A DNA stretch of 64,000 nt. Origin: a bacterium (GTDB lineage Bacteria; Electryoneota; JAOADG01). Both the position numbers and the translations under genes were made by a program. The notes under the pieces were generated by a model, which was given only the letters and a program-made list of their open reading frames with translations, ran no database searches and had not been told where the DNA came from. The DNA is taken from positions 1,088,001 through 1,152,000 of the forward strand of contig OY820579.1 of assembly GCA_963681965.1 (NCBI GenBank), written 5' to 3'. Shown in pieces: positions 41,608-50,276 of the stretch (its first letter is position 1; every line of letters begins with the position of its first letter).

Positions 41608-42540
41608 ATGAACCTTTTCAACAAGCATTTTACTCGCGCTTCAACGCTTCTAATGTTAGCTGGTACTTACGTTGCTCGAGCCAATGAAGCTGCTGGAGAA
41701 GGCGCTGAATCCGATTCGCTTTCGAATGTCTGGAACGGCAACAAACTGGTTGAGAATTTGTTGGATCACCACCTCCATTTTCTCCCCGATTGGGGTACGT
41801 TCACCATCACGAAGCACGCTTTTATTCTGATTATCGCCACTACTGTATTTGCGATCATGGCAATTTTAGCCGGTCGATCGGCAAAGAAAAATCTTGGCAA
41901 AGCGCCGCACGGTCTAGCGAATTTCATGGAAGTCATGGTGAAGTTTATTCGCGACGAAGTCGTCTTTCCCTCGATGGGCGAAAAGATGGGTCGCCATTTA
42001 CTGAATTACTTCCTGACGGTCTTTTTCTTTATTCTGTTCGGCAATCTTGCCGGTGTCTTCCCGGCGTCGAAATCACCCACGATGAATATCTCGGTTACCC
42101 TAACCTGTGCATTGATGACTTTCACGTTAATGATTTATGCCGGTATTCGCGCCAATGGCGTATTAGGGTTCCTTAAGCATTTCACGCCGCCCGGAATTCC
42201 GTGGCCGGTCTATATCATTTTAACACCGATCGAAATCATTGGTCTCTTTATCAAACCATTCGCTTTGACGATCCGTCTTTTTGCGAACATGGTTGCCGGC
42301 AAAGCGCTGGTCTTGAGTTTCATCGGTTTGATCTTCATGCTCGGTTCGGCGCTAGGCGTCGGCGCGGCATTCGGAATTGGAATTTTGCCGTTTCTTGGCG
42401 GATTGGGTATTATGCTGCTCGAAATTTTCGTTGCAGTACTGCAAGCATTCATTTTCACGATGTTGTCGGCGCTGTTTATCGGTCAGCTCTCCTATCACGA
42501 AGAGCACGATGAGCATCATGGCGAGGCGCATTCGCACTAA
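41608..42540 (+). CDS. atpB: F0F1 ATP synthase subunit a
   Basis: KPFALTIRLFANM, LQAFIFTML; N-terminal signal-like extension, His-rich C-terminus. Confidence 0.96.
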   Translation: MNLFNKHFTRASTLLMLAGTYVARANEAAGEGAESDSLSNVWNGNKLVENLLDHHLHFLPDWGTFTITKHAFILIIATTVFAIMAILAGRSAKKNLGKAPHGLANFMEVMVKFIRDEVVFPSMGEKMGRHLLNYFLTVFFFILFGNLAGVFPASKSPTMNISVTLTCALMTFTLMIYAGIRANGVLGFLKHFTPPGIPWPVYIILTPIEIIGLFIKPFALTIRLFANMVAGKALVLSFIGLIFMLGSALGVGAAFGIGILPFLGGLGIMLLEIFVAVLQAFIFTMLSALFIGQLSYHEEHDEHHGEAHSH

Positions 42541-42727
42541 TTGCCGACTGTCGTTCTTTGAGTTTCGTCCCTCGGGACACCCTGCGCATTCACGGAACAT
42601 CCCTGATCGCAGGTTTTTCGCGGAGACTTTGGCTCCGTACCGATGCTAAAGCGTGATGCGGCATTGGATTGTTCGTTGTCGCGGGATAGACGCGACGAAA
42701 AGAAAATCGTTACAGGAGAAAAAACTG

Positions 42728-42970
42728 ATGAATCCAGGAATTACCAATGGCGCGTATGCGTTTATCGCCGCCGGTATCGGTGCCGGATTAGTCGTAATCG
42801 GCGCCGGTCACGGTATCGGTCAGTTGGCAAAGGGTGCAATGGAAGGCATTTCGCGACAACCGGAAGCCTCGGGCAAAATTCAGACTGCTATGATCATCGC
42901 CGCTTCGTTAATCGAAGGTGTCGCGTTGTTCTGCTCGGTGATCTGTTTGTTGCTGTACCTCAAGGGCTAA
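42728..42970 (+). CDS. atpE: F0F1 ATP synthase subunit c (H+-type signature)
   Basis: GAG...GIG, RQPE loop, carboxylate in SLIEG; SD CAGGAG. Confidence 0.95.
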   Translation: MNPGITNGAYAFIAAGIGAGLVVIGAGHGIGQLAKGAMEGISRQPEASGKIQTAMIIAASLIEGVALFCSVICLLLYLKG

Positions 42971-42982
42971 GAACTTGTTCGA

Positions 42983-43014
42983 ATCCGGGCGGTCGATTTC
43001 ATCTCCGCCCGGAT
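42983..43014 (+). promoter_or_regulatory. GC-rich hairpin after atpE (mRNA stabiliser or partial terminator)
   Basis: ATCCGGGCGG...CCGCCCGGAT 10-bp stem. Confidence 0.55.
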
Positions 43015-43097
43015 TTCTCAGGATCTCTGATAGCAAGTTTACGATGAAGCAATAAATCGCGATTGCATACCGATGCAGCGCATTTCAAAGAAAAACT

Positions 43098-43592
43098 ATG
43101 AACGCAATTGATTTAGTCACCCCGAATGTCGGTTTGGTTTTCTGGACGACAATGTTGTTCCTGGCGGTTCTGATTGTGCTCCGCAAGTACGCTTGGGGAC
43201 CGATCATGCAGGGCTTGGAGCAACGCGAGAAAACCATTGCCGACGATCTCCGCCGTGCCGAAGAGGCACGGGTTGCCGCCGAGCAGGCACGCGACGACTT
43301 GCTGAAAGAGCAAGCGAAGCACTTGCAGGAGACCAACGACCGGATCGTACAGATGATGCGCAATGCCGAGAGCCGCTCGCTGGAATTGGTCGAAAAAGCC
43401 AAGGGCGAAGCCGTGAAGATCCGCGATGCCGCATTGGCGGATATCGAATTGGAACGGCAGCAGGCAATCGCGTCGCTGCGGAACGAAGTCGTTTCGATCG
43501 CGATCATGGCGGCAAGCAATGTGATCGGTCGCGAACTCAAGCCGGAAGATCACCGCCTGTTGATCGAAAATTCGATCCCGAAACTGAATTGA
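43098..43592 (+). CDS. atpF: F0F1 ATP synthase subunit b
   Basis: N-terminal TM, KYAWGPI...LEQRE, coiled coil. Confidence 0.94.
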   Translation: MNAIDLVTPNVGLVFWTTMLFLAVLIVLRKYAWGPIMQGLEQREKTIADDLRRAEEARVAAEQARDDLLKEQAKHLQETNDRIVQMMRNAESRSLELVEKAKGEAVKIRDAALADIELERQQAIASLRNEVVSIAIMAASNVIGRELKPEDHRLLIENSIPKLN

Positions 43593-43602
43593 GGGACTTA
43601 CA

Positions 43603-44127
43603 GTGAACTTACTGGTAAGCCGATACGCTGAACCATTTTACCGCGCGGCGAAAGAAGCCGGCGAAATCGACCGGGTTCGTGCCGATTTGGAATCACTTGC
43701 GACGCTATGGAACGAACCGGCAATGCATGCGTTTATGCTCTCGCCGCAGGTTCCGGATGCGGAAAAGATTGCACTGGTAAAACAGATTTTACCCGATGCG
43801 AGCAAGCTGACAATCAATTTCTTCAAGCTCGCTTTCGAGCGCGGTCGTGAAGAAATCCTGCCCGATATTCCGGGTGAATTTTTCCGTCGTGTTCGTAGCG
43901 ATTCCGGTATTGTCAAAGCGATCACTACTAGCGCCGTCACGTTATCGCCGGATCAACAAACCGAATTGGCGAAGAAGCTGGGCACCGAATTAAAGAAGAC
44001 CGTGGAATTGGAAGTGACGGTCGATCCCAGCCTAATTGGCGGGATGGTGATTGAAATCGAAGGGAAGCGTTACGACGGTTCGATTATACGACGCCTCGAC
44101 AGTCTGAAACACAAGATGGTGTCGTAA
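43603..44127 (+). CDS. atpH: F1 ATP synthase subunit delta
   Basis: SRYAE, TSAV.L, VDPSLIGG, YDGS. Confidence 0.94.
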   Translation: MNLLVSRYAEPFYRAAKEAGEIDRVRADLESLATLWNEPAMHAFMLSPQVPDAEKIALVKQILPDASKLTINFFKLAFERGREEILPDIPGEFFRRVRSDSGIVKAITTSAVTLSPDQQTELAKKLGTELKKTVELEVTVDPSLIGGMVIEIEGKRYDGSIIRRLDSLKHKMVS

Positions 44128-44191
44128 TTGCAACGCAATTTTTTATATGCATTCATAGTGAATCATTAACATCTTGTCTTCGAGGGAAGTC

Positions 44192-44467
44192 ATGCAAATC
44201 GTCAAACTAAAAGATGGTTCATTCAGCTATCAAGGTCTTCCTGAAGAGGACTTTCGGATTCTGGAAAAGCTCGTCGAGAAGAACAGCACTGTAATGTTGT
44301 CCAATTACTTCTTGATCCAGCAAGCGATCGAGCTGGCATTGAATGAAGGAATCGAGAAACCTACGGTAAAAGAGATTCAAGAAATCGTCGACGAGCTGGA
44401 AGAGATGATGGAAGAAGAATTTACCGATTCGGAAGACGAAGCGGACGGGGAAGCGGAAAAGAAGTAA
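44192..44467 (+). CDS. Small acidic hypothetical protein
   Basis: 91-aa ORF, SD GAGGGA, strongly acidic C-terminus. Confidence 0.6.
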   Translation: MQIVKLKDGSFSYQGLPEEDFRILEKLVEKNSTVMLSNYFLIQQAIELALNEGIEKPTVKEIQEIVDELEEMMEEEFTDSEDEADGEAEKK

Positions 44468-44482
44468 CTGTGGCGGATTGAC

Positions 44483-44806
44483 ATGACTCGCGAACAGGCA
44501 CTTGATATTGCACGTGAATTGAAACGCCGCTTGGAACCCTTGTACGGCGACCGGTTGCAGCAGGTGATTGCGTATGGTTCGCAAATCCGCGGCGATGCAA
44601 CCGACGAGTCCGATCTCGATGTAGCGGTTTTGCTCGATCCATGTTTTGAGTTTGGAACTGAGTGGAATTTGGTCGCGAATGAATTAGTCGAGATGGGTAT
44701 CAAGAATAACGTTGTGATTGATACCAATTTTATTCCATTACAGGATTATAACACCGGAACTGAGGCATTGTATCGATCGATCCGAAGCGAAGGCGAAGTA
44801 TTATGA
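44483..44806 (+). CDS. Minimal nucleotidyltransferase (MNT) antitoxin, copy 1
   Basis: YGSQIRGD...SDLD motif. Confidence 0.9.
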   Translation: MTREQALDIARELKRRLEPLYGDRLQQVIAYGSQIRGDATDESDLDVAVLLDPCFEFGTEWNLVANELVEMGIKNNVVIDTNFIPLQDYNTGTEALYRSIRSEGEVL

Positions 44807-45180
44807 ATCCGGAGATCGAGCGTCATTTTGAACGAGCAGATTTGTTCTTAATTCGATCTGAGCATCATATTCAATGTGAGTTTTACGACGATTCGATTAA
44901 TCGTTCATACTATGCAATGTTCCATGCAATCACGGCACTGTTGCTGACAAGAAATATTGTGCGAAGTAAACACTCTGGTCTTATTGCATCATTCAATCAA
45001 AATTTTATTAAGTCCGGCGAATTCGATATTCGTTTCAGCGGAGTGGTACAAAAAGGTTTTGAGTTGCGTAACAAGAACGACTATTTATCAGCACCCATCA
45101 ATAATCTGGAAGACACGCAACAGTTATTGCACGATGCGAAAGACTTAGTGAAAGCGTGTCGGGAGTATTGCAACCGGTAG
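44803..45180 (+). CDS. HEPN domain protein (COG1895-like), copy 1
   Basis: NRSYYAMFH, SKHSG, R...DY; ATGA overlap with MNT. Confidence 0.9.
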   Translation: MNPEIERHFERADLFLIRSEHHIQCEFYDDSINRSYYAMFHAITALLLTRNIVRSKHSGLIASFNQNFIKSGEFDIRFSGVVQKGFELRNKNDYLSAPINNLEDTQQLLHDAKDLVKACREYCNR

Positions 45181-45237
45181 GAATTAACCCTTGCTTGCAT
45201 TCATGGTTTTATTAATCAATTGTATTGGTAAATTTTC

Positions 45238-45561
45238 ATGACTCGGGAAAATGCGCTAGAGATCGCACGAGAACTGAAACGCCGTCTGGAACCCTTGTAC
45301 GGCGACCGGTTGCAGCAGGTGATTGCGTATGGATCACAAATCCGCGGCGATGCCACCGATGAATCCGATCTCGATGTGGCAGTGGTTCTGTATCCGTGCG
45401 GCGATCAGTGGACTGAATGGACTGCCATTTCAGATTTACTGCTCGAACTCGATATGAAACTGAATGTTCTTTTGGATGTTTTTATCGTATCTCAGCAGGA
45501 ATTTGCGAATGGTACGTATGCTTTGCATCGAGAAATGAAACGTGAAGGTGTAGCGGCATGA
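45238..45561 (+). CDS. Minimal nucleotidyltransferase (MNT) antitoxin, copy 2
   Basis: YGSQIRGD...SDLD; N-terminal half near-identical to copy 1. Confidence 0.9.
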   Translation: MTRENALEIARELKRRLEPLYGDRLQQVIAYGSQIRGDATDESDLDVAVVLYPCGDQWTEWTAISDLLLELDMKLNVLLDVFIVSQQEFANGTYALHREMKREGVAA

Positions 45562-45935
45562 AAACCGAAGTCGAAGACTATCTCATTCGTGCTCGCGAGA
45601 CTCTGATCGAATCGAAATTTGCTCACGGTTCTCAGTTCTGGAATATGTCTGTCAATCGAAGTTATTATGCCATGTTTTATGCTGTGACCGCTGTATTACG
45701 AACAAAAGAAATTGTGAGAAGTAAACACTCGGGTTTGGTTTCGGCATTTATTGAGAATTTTGCGAATACTGGACTATTTGAAGTAAAATACGCGCAATCA
45801 CTGAATAAAGGGTTCAAGTTTCGCAATGTGAACGATTATGTTCAACATCCGATAGCGACTGAAGAAAATTCGAAATTGTTGTTAGAGGAAGCGATCGCGT
45901 TGGTAGAAAAATGTGAAGAGTATTGCAACCGGTAG
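45558..45935 (+). CDS. HEPN domain protein (COG1895-like), copy 2
   Basis: NRSYYAMF, SKHSG, R...DY; ATGA overlap with MNT. Confidence 0.9.
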   Translation: MKTEVEDYLIRARETLIESKFAHGSQFWNMSVNRSYYAMFYAVTAVLRTKEIVRSKHSGLVSAFIENFANTGLFEVKYAQSLNKGFKFRNVNDYVQHPIATEENSKLLLEEAIALVEKCEEYCNR

Positions 45936-45942
45936 TTGCTTA

Positions 45943-46060
45943 GGCAATTTGCCCGGAGGTGGGGCTTCAGCCCCGCCAAGTATGATCTTTAAATCGTTTT
46001 GGTTGGAGCGGTTCGCGAACCGCCCGTGTCAGGAAAATCTTGAGATCACAAATTGTGATC
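45943..46060. repeat. Cluster of four short palindromes (REP-like remnants)
   Basis: GGCAATTTGCC 45943-45953; GGTGGGGCTTCAGCCCCGCC 45958-45977; GAGCGGTTCGCGAACCGCCC 46006-46025; GATCACAAATTGTGATC 46044-46060. Confidence 0.6.
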
Positions 46061-46116
46061 GCAAAGTTCATTGGATTTGAATCTTTTCTTTCTGGTAGTT
46101 CTTTGAAATCATTACC

Positions 46117-46140
46117 GTAGGGGCGTATAGCAATACGCCC
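46117..46140 (+). repeat. GTAG-family REP, copy 1
   Basis: GTAG-GGGCGTAT-AGCA-ATACGCCC. Confidence 0.9.
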
Positions 46141-46199
46141 GAAATAAAATGAATAATACTTGCAAAGAAGTTCTATTTTATTGTTAGTAGGTTTGAATA

Positions 46200-46835
46200 G
46201 TGGCAAAAAGCAAATTAAAATTGATTGAAATAATCACAGTCATATTATCTGCAATTGCAATATTAGTTGCGGGTTACAGTGTATGGGTGACCAAACAAAC
46301 ATCGATAGAGACCGCTAAAATTGCTGAAAAAGTGGCTCGTGAAACTACCGAACTACAACTTAAAAAACAGATGGCACAATCGATATTTGATAAGTATTAC
46401 ACTTTGTTACCAAAAATAGATAACCTTAGAAAAAAGACAGAGAGCTTAAGAAATAGAATTAACGTAATGAATTCAGAGAGTATAACCGGGTTAAATATAG
46501 AGTACTTTGATGATGCGAGAATGAGTGAATTAGATTCTATTATTGGCAACATCGCAGCACAACTACCTTCGTTGAGCGATTCTGCTGAGATGAGAACAGT
46601 AAATTTATGTAAATCTCGTTTAGATACGATTAAATTTATTGTTGATGATCGATACAAAGTCATCTCTAACTATAGTGAACCAGTGAATCGAGAAAGAGCT
46701 GTTAAATTGTTTCCAATTGATGTTAAGAACATGTTGGGGTATTGTTCTGAAGTAGATAGTTGTTGTGATGCAATAGCCAAAAACTTGCGAAGCAAAAAGG
46801 ATTACATCGAGTTATCGTTAATGAGTAAACAGTAA
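46200..46835 (+). CDS. Low-GC orphan protein (N-terminal TM plus helical/coiled-coil domain), REP-bracketed
   Basis: 211-aa ORF, GTG start; a sampled 60-nt line is 18/60 GC. Confidence 0.7.
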   Translation: MAKSKLKLIEIITVILSAIAILVAGYSVWVTKQTSIETAKIAEKVARETTELQLKKQMAQSIFDKYYTLLPKIDNLRKKTESLRNRINVMNSESITGLNIEYFDDARMSELDSIIGNIAAQLPSLSDSAEMRTVNLCKSRLDTIKFIVDDRYKVISNYSEPVNRERAVKLFPIDVKNMLGYCSEVDSCCDAIAKNLRSKKDYIELSLMSKQ

Positions 46836-46854
46836 GAAGTGTTAGATAAAACCC

Positions 46855-46878
46855 GGGCGTATTGCCATACGCCCCTAC
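46855..46878 (-). repeat. GTAG-family REP, copy 2 (inverted)
   Basis: Reverse complement GTAG-GGGCGTAT-GGCA-ATACGCCC. Confidence 0.9.
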
Positions 46879-46931
46879 TGAGATTTGATAGAATTGGGCA
46901 AAGCTGTTGCCCGCGTGTGTATTGAGCAAAC

Positions 46932-46952
46932 AGGCATCATATATGCCTCTAC
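46932..46952 (-). repeat. Second-type GTAG hairpin (REP-like)
   Basis: Reverse complement GTAG-AGGCAT-ATATG-ATGCCT. Confidence 0.55.
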
Positions 46953-46973
46953 GAAGCAACGTAGGAATTGTAA

Positions 46974-48482
46974 ATGCAACTTAGACCAGATGAAATTACC
47001 TCGATCCTCAAGGAGCGAATCCTCTCCTTCGAATCGCAGGTGAAAATGGACGAAGTGGGGCGTGTCCTCACGGTGGGCGACGGTATCGCCCGCATCTACG
47101 GCCTTGAAAACTGCCTCGCCGGCGAATTGATCGAATTCCCGGGCGAAGTATACGGCATGGCGTTGAACCTCGAAGAAGACAATGTCGGCGTCGCGCTGTT
47201 CGGCAGCGACGAGAACATTAAAGAAGGCGACATTGTCAAACGCACCGGTCGCGTCGTCGACGTACCCGTCGGCCCCGAACTGTGCGGTCGCGTGGTCAAT
47301 CCACTCGGATTCCCGATCGACGGCAAAGGTCCCATCGACGCCAAGCAGCGCAACCCGGTCGAGCGTAAAGCCACCGGCGTTATCACGCGCCAGCCGGTGA
47401 AAGAGCCGCTGATGACCGGTATCAAAGCCATCGACGGTATGATCCCGATCGGTCGTGGACAACGCGAATTGATCATCGGCGACCGTGGTACCGGCAAGAC
47501 CGCTATCGCAGTCGACACGATCATCAATCAAAAAGGGCAGAACGTCTATTGCATCTACGTGGCAATCGGTCAGAAAGGCTCGACCATCGCCAAGGTGGTC
47601 AAGACGCTGCAGGATCACGGCGCAATGGAATACACTACGGTGATTTCCTCGACTGCCGTCGAAACTGCGCCGATTCAGTACATTGCCCCGTTCGCCGGTG
47701 CCGCCATGGGCGAGTATTTCCGCGACAAGGGTATGCACGCGCTGGTGATTTACGACGATCTTACCAAACACGCCTGGGCTTATCGCCAGTTGTCGTTGTT
47801 GCTCCGACGTCCACCGGGACGCGAAGCCTATCCGGGTGACGTGTTCTATCTGCACTCGCGCTTGCTCGAACGTGCGGCGAAGCTCTCCGATGCCCTTGGT
47901 GGCGGTTCGTTGACGGCACTCCCGATCATTGAAACGCAAGCCGGCGACGTTTCGGCGTACATTCCGACCAACGTGATTTCGATTACCGACGGTCAGATCT
48001 ACCTCGAACCCGACCTGTTCTATTCCGGCATTCGTCCGGCAGTAAACGTCGGTATTTCGGTTTCGCGAGTCGGTTCCAGTGCGCAATATCGCGCCATGCG
48101 CGCGGTCGCAGGGTCGATGCGACTCGACTTGGCACAATTCCGCGAACTGGCGGCATTTGCTCAATTCGGCAGCGATCTCGATGCTTCCACCAAACAGCAG
48201 TTGACACGCGGCGAGCATTTGACCGAATTGCTGAAGCAAGGTCAATACATGCCGTGGTCGCTCGAACGACAGGTGGCGATCATGTTTGCCGGAACGCAGG
48301 GTCTTGCCGATAATATTCCGATTTCGGCGTTGCGGAAATGGGAATCGGAAATCATCTCGTATCTCGAGAGCAATCATGGCGACTTGATGAAGGAAATCGT
48401 CGATACAAAGCTTTTGAATGAAGCGCTGAAGACCATGCTGAGAGCAGCGATCGAGTCGTTTAACACTACTTTTGTCGTGTAA
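46974..48482 (+). CDS. atpA: F1 ATP synthase subunit alpha
   Basis: GDRGTGKT Walker [23 protein letters not shown]. Confidence 0.98.
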   Translation: MQLRPDEITSILKERILSFESQVKMDEVGRVLTVGDGIARIYGLENCLAGELIEFPGEVYGMALNLEEDNVGVALFGSDENIKEGDIVKRTGRVVDVPVGPELCGRVVNPLGFPIDGKGPIDAKQRNPVERKATGVITRQPVKEPLMTGIKAIDGMIPIGRGQRELIIGDRGTGKTAIAVDTIINQKGQNVYCIYVAIGQKGSTIAKVVKTLQDHGAMEYTTVISSTAVETAPIQYIAPFAGAAMGEYFRDKGMHALVIYDDLTKHAWAYRQLSLLLRRPPGREAYPGDVFYLHSRLLERAAKLSDALGGGSLTALPIIETQAGDVSAYIPTNVISITDGQIYLEPDLFYSGIRPAVNVGISVSRVGSSAQYRAMRAVAGSMRLDLAQFRELAAFAQFGSDLDASTKQQLTRGEHLTELLKQGQYMPWSLERQVAIMFAGTQGLADNIPISALRKWESEIISYLESNHGDLMKEIVDTKLLNEALKTMLRAAIESFNTTFVV

Positions 48483-48487
48483 TCGCT

Positions 48488-49351
48488 ATGCCATCACTCA
48501 AACAAATCAAACGGCGGATCAGCAGCGTTAAATCGACGCAACAGATCACCAAGGCGATGAAAATGATTGCCGCGGCGAAACTGCGCCGTGCCCAAAACAA
48601 CATGCTTTCGGCACGACCGTATTCGCACCGCTTGCGGGATACGATTGCCGAAATGGCGGCGCGCACGACCGAATCGCATCCACTGCTCGAAGTTCGTGAC
48701 CCGAAAAATGTCGGATTCGTCGTGGTTGCTTCGGATCGCGGTATGGCGGGCAGTTTCAATGCGAATGTGATCAAACATGCGGTTGCTGCCTACAAGCAGC
48801 ACGAAAATGCCGACAATCGCTACCTGATCACGGTAGGTCGCAAGACGACCGACTTTTTTACCAAGCGCGGGTACAACGTCATCTCCAAGCACCTCGATAT
48901 CTTCCCCGATCCGACGCTAGAGTCATCACGACGGATTGGTGAACGGATTATCGATCTGTACAAGATGGAGACGTTGGGTCTTGACCGGGTCTACTTGGTG
49001 TACAACGAATTCAAGAATGTTGCGCAGCAGCAAGTGATCGTCGAGCAACTGCTTCCGGTCGTTCCGGCAAAACTCGATAGCCCGATTCATCAGGATTTTG
49101 AATTCGAACCGGATCCCATGACGATTCTCGATGTCATTCTTCCACAATATATCGATGTGGAAATCTGGCATGTACTGCTGGAATCGTTTGCCGCGGAAAT
49201 GGCGGCGCGAATGACGGCGATGGAGAATGCGACCAAGGCGGCGACCGATCTAATCAAGTCGTTGACGCTGCAATACAACAAAGCGCGGCAGGGAGCGATC
49301 ACGAAGGAGCTGCTCGAAATTGTCGGCGGCGCCGAGGCGTTGAAGGGGTAA
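48488..49351 (+). CDS. atpG: F1 ATP synthase subunit gamma
   Basis: ITKAMKMIAAAK, ARMTAMENAT, ARQGAITKELLEIVGGA. Confidence 0.97.
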   Translation: MPSLKQIKRRISSVKSTQQITKAMKMIAAAKLRRAQNNMLSARPYSHRLRDTIAEMAARTTESHPLLEVRDPKNVGFVVVASDRGMAGSFNANVIKHAVAAYKQHENADNRYLITVGRKTTDFFTKRGYNVISKHLDIFPDPTLESSRRIGERIIDLYKMETLGLDRVYLVYNEFKNVAQQQVIVEQLLPVVPAKLDSPIHQDFEFEPDPMTILDVILPQYIDVEIWHVLLESFAAEMAARMTAMENATKAATDLIKSLTLQYNKARQGAITKELLEIVGGAEALKG

Positions 49352-49385
49352 GGTTTAGCACCCTTTCACTGTTGGAGTAGAAGGA

Positions 49386-49793
49386 ATGCTGGAAGTCACG
49401 CATCTCGAACGGGCAATCAAGTCTTTAGAAGAAGGCATCGAATTGTTCGAAAGGAGTCGGACTCTCGACTCAATCACACAAGAAGCGATTCGAGACGGAG
49501 TTATTCAGCGTTTTGAATTTACATATGAATTGTGCTGGAAGTCTTTGAAGCGTTTTCTTGTTATTTTTGGAGCCGATATACCTCCATCAATGACAATGAA
49601 AGACATTTATCGAGTCGGATTTGAGCGTGACTTGATTCGTGATGCGGAGTTGTGGTTCGGTTATATGAAGTACCGAAACCTCTCGTCTCACACGTACGAC
49701 TCGGAGACTGCAGAAGAGGTATATAGTCATATTGCAGATTTCCTTGTCGATGCCAACTATTTGTTGAATCGCTTGAAAGCGATCGAACAATGA
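49386..49793 (+). CDS. HI0074-family nucleotidyltransferase substrate-binding/HEPN protein
   Basis: RDGVIQRFEFTYELCWK and intact R-X4-H motif RNLSSHTY. Confidence 0.92.
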   Translation: MLEVTHLERAIKSLEEGIELFERSRTLDSITQEAIRDGVIQRFEFTYELCWKSLKRFLVIFGADIPPSMTMKDIYRVGFERDLIRDAELWFGYMKYRNLSSHTYDSETAEEVYSHIADFLVDANYLLNRLKAIEQ

Positions 49794-50074
49794 TCGACAT
49801 CTCGGAGAAGCATCTGGAGATTGTCAAGGCAATCCTTCGCGAATGGTTGCCAAATTACGAAATTCAAGCATTTGGATCGCGAGTAACTGGTAAGGCGAAA
49901 CCGTATTCCGATCTTGATTTGGCAATCGTCTCGGATGAACGAGTGCCGTTTCGGCAAATTGCGATGGCGTGTGCGGCATTCACCGACTCCGATCTCCCGT
50001 TTCGAGTCGATCTAGTAGAACGGTGTAAAATCAAGGATTTTCCTATTGAACCGACGGAAGTGATAGTCATGTAG
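49790..50074 (+). CDS. Minimal nucleotidyltransferase (HI0073-like MNT)
   Basis: FGSRVTG...SDLDL, SDLPFRVDLV; ATGA overlap. Confidence 0.92.
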   Translation: MIDISEKHLEIVKAILREWLPNYEIQAFGSRVTGKAKPYSDLDLAIVSDERVPFRQIAMACAAFTDSDLPFRVDLVERCKIKDFPIEPTEVIVM

Positions 50075-50075
50075 T

Positions 50076-50243
50076 TTTCTGTGTCAATCGTGTGGTAGAA
50101 GTCCGGTAACCTATTCAGGTATCGAATTGCACGTCGATCACAAGATTCCGTTTTCGCTGGGTGGAAGAACAATCACCGAGAACTTAGAAACGAAGTGTTC
50201 GGATTGTAATTTGGGTAAGAGAAATCGATTTATTGAACAGTAG
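50076..50243 (+). pseudogene. 5'-truncated HNH endonuclease remnant (not in ORF track)
   Basis: Reads FLCQSCGRSPVTYSGIELHVDHKIPFSLGGRTITENLETKCSDCNLGKRNRFIEQ*; in-frame TAG at 50064-50066 and no ATG. Confidence 0.85.
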
Positions 50244-50263
50244 GGGCGTATGGCAATACGCCC
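50240..50263 (+). repeat. GTAG-family REP, copy 3
   Basis: GTAG-GGGCGTAT-GGCA-ATACGCCC. Confidence 0.9.
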
Positions 50264-50276
50264 GCATCTTGTGAGC

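Noticed and set aside
46875-48377. 500-aa antisense ORF over atpA (similar shadows at 19913-20764, 43085-43553, 57574-58350 and 61738-62271)
   Set aside because: Shadow frames produced by codon bias of conserved sense genes; no motifs of their own.
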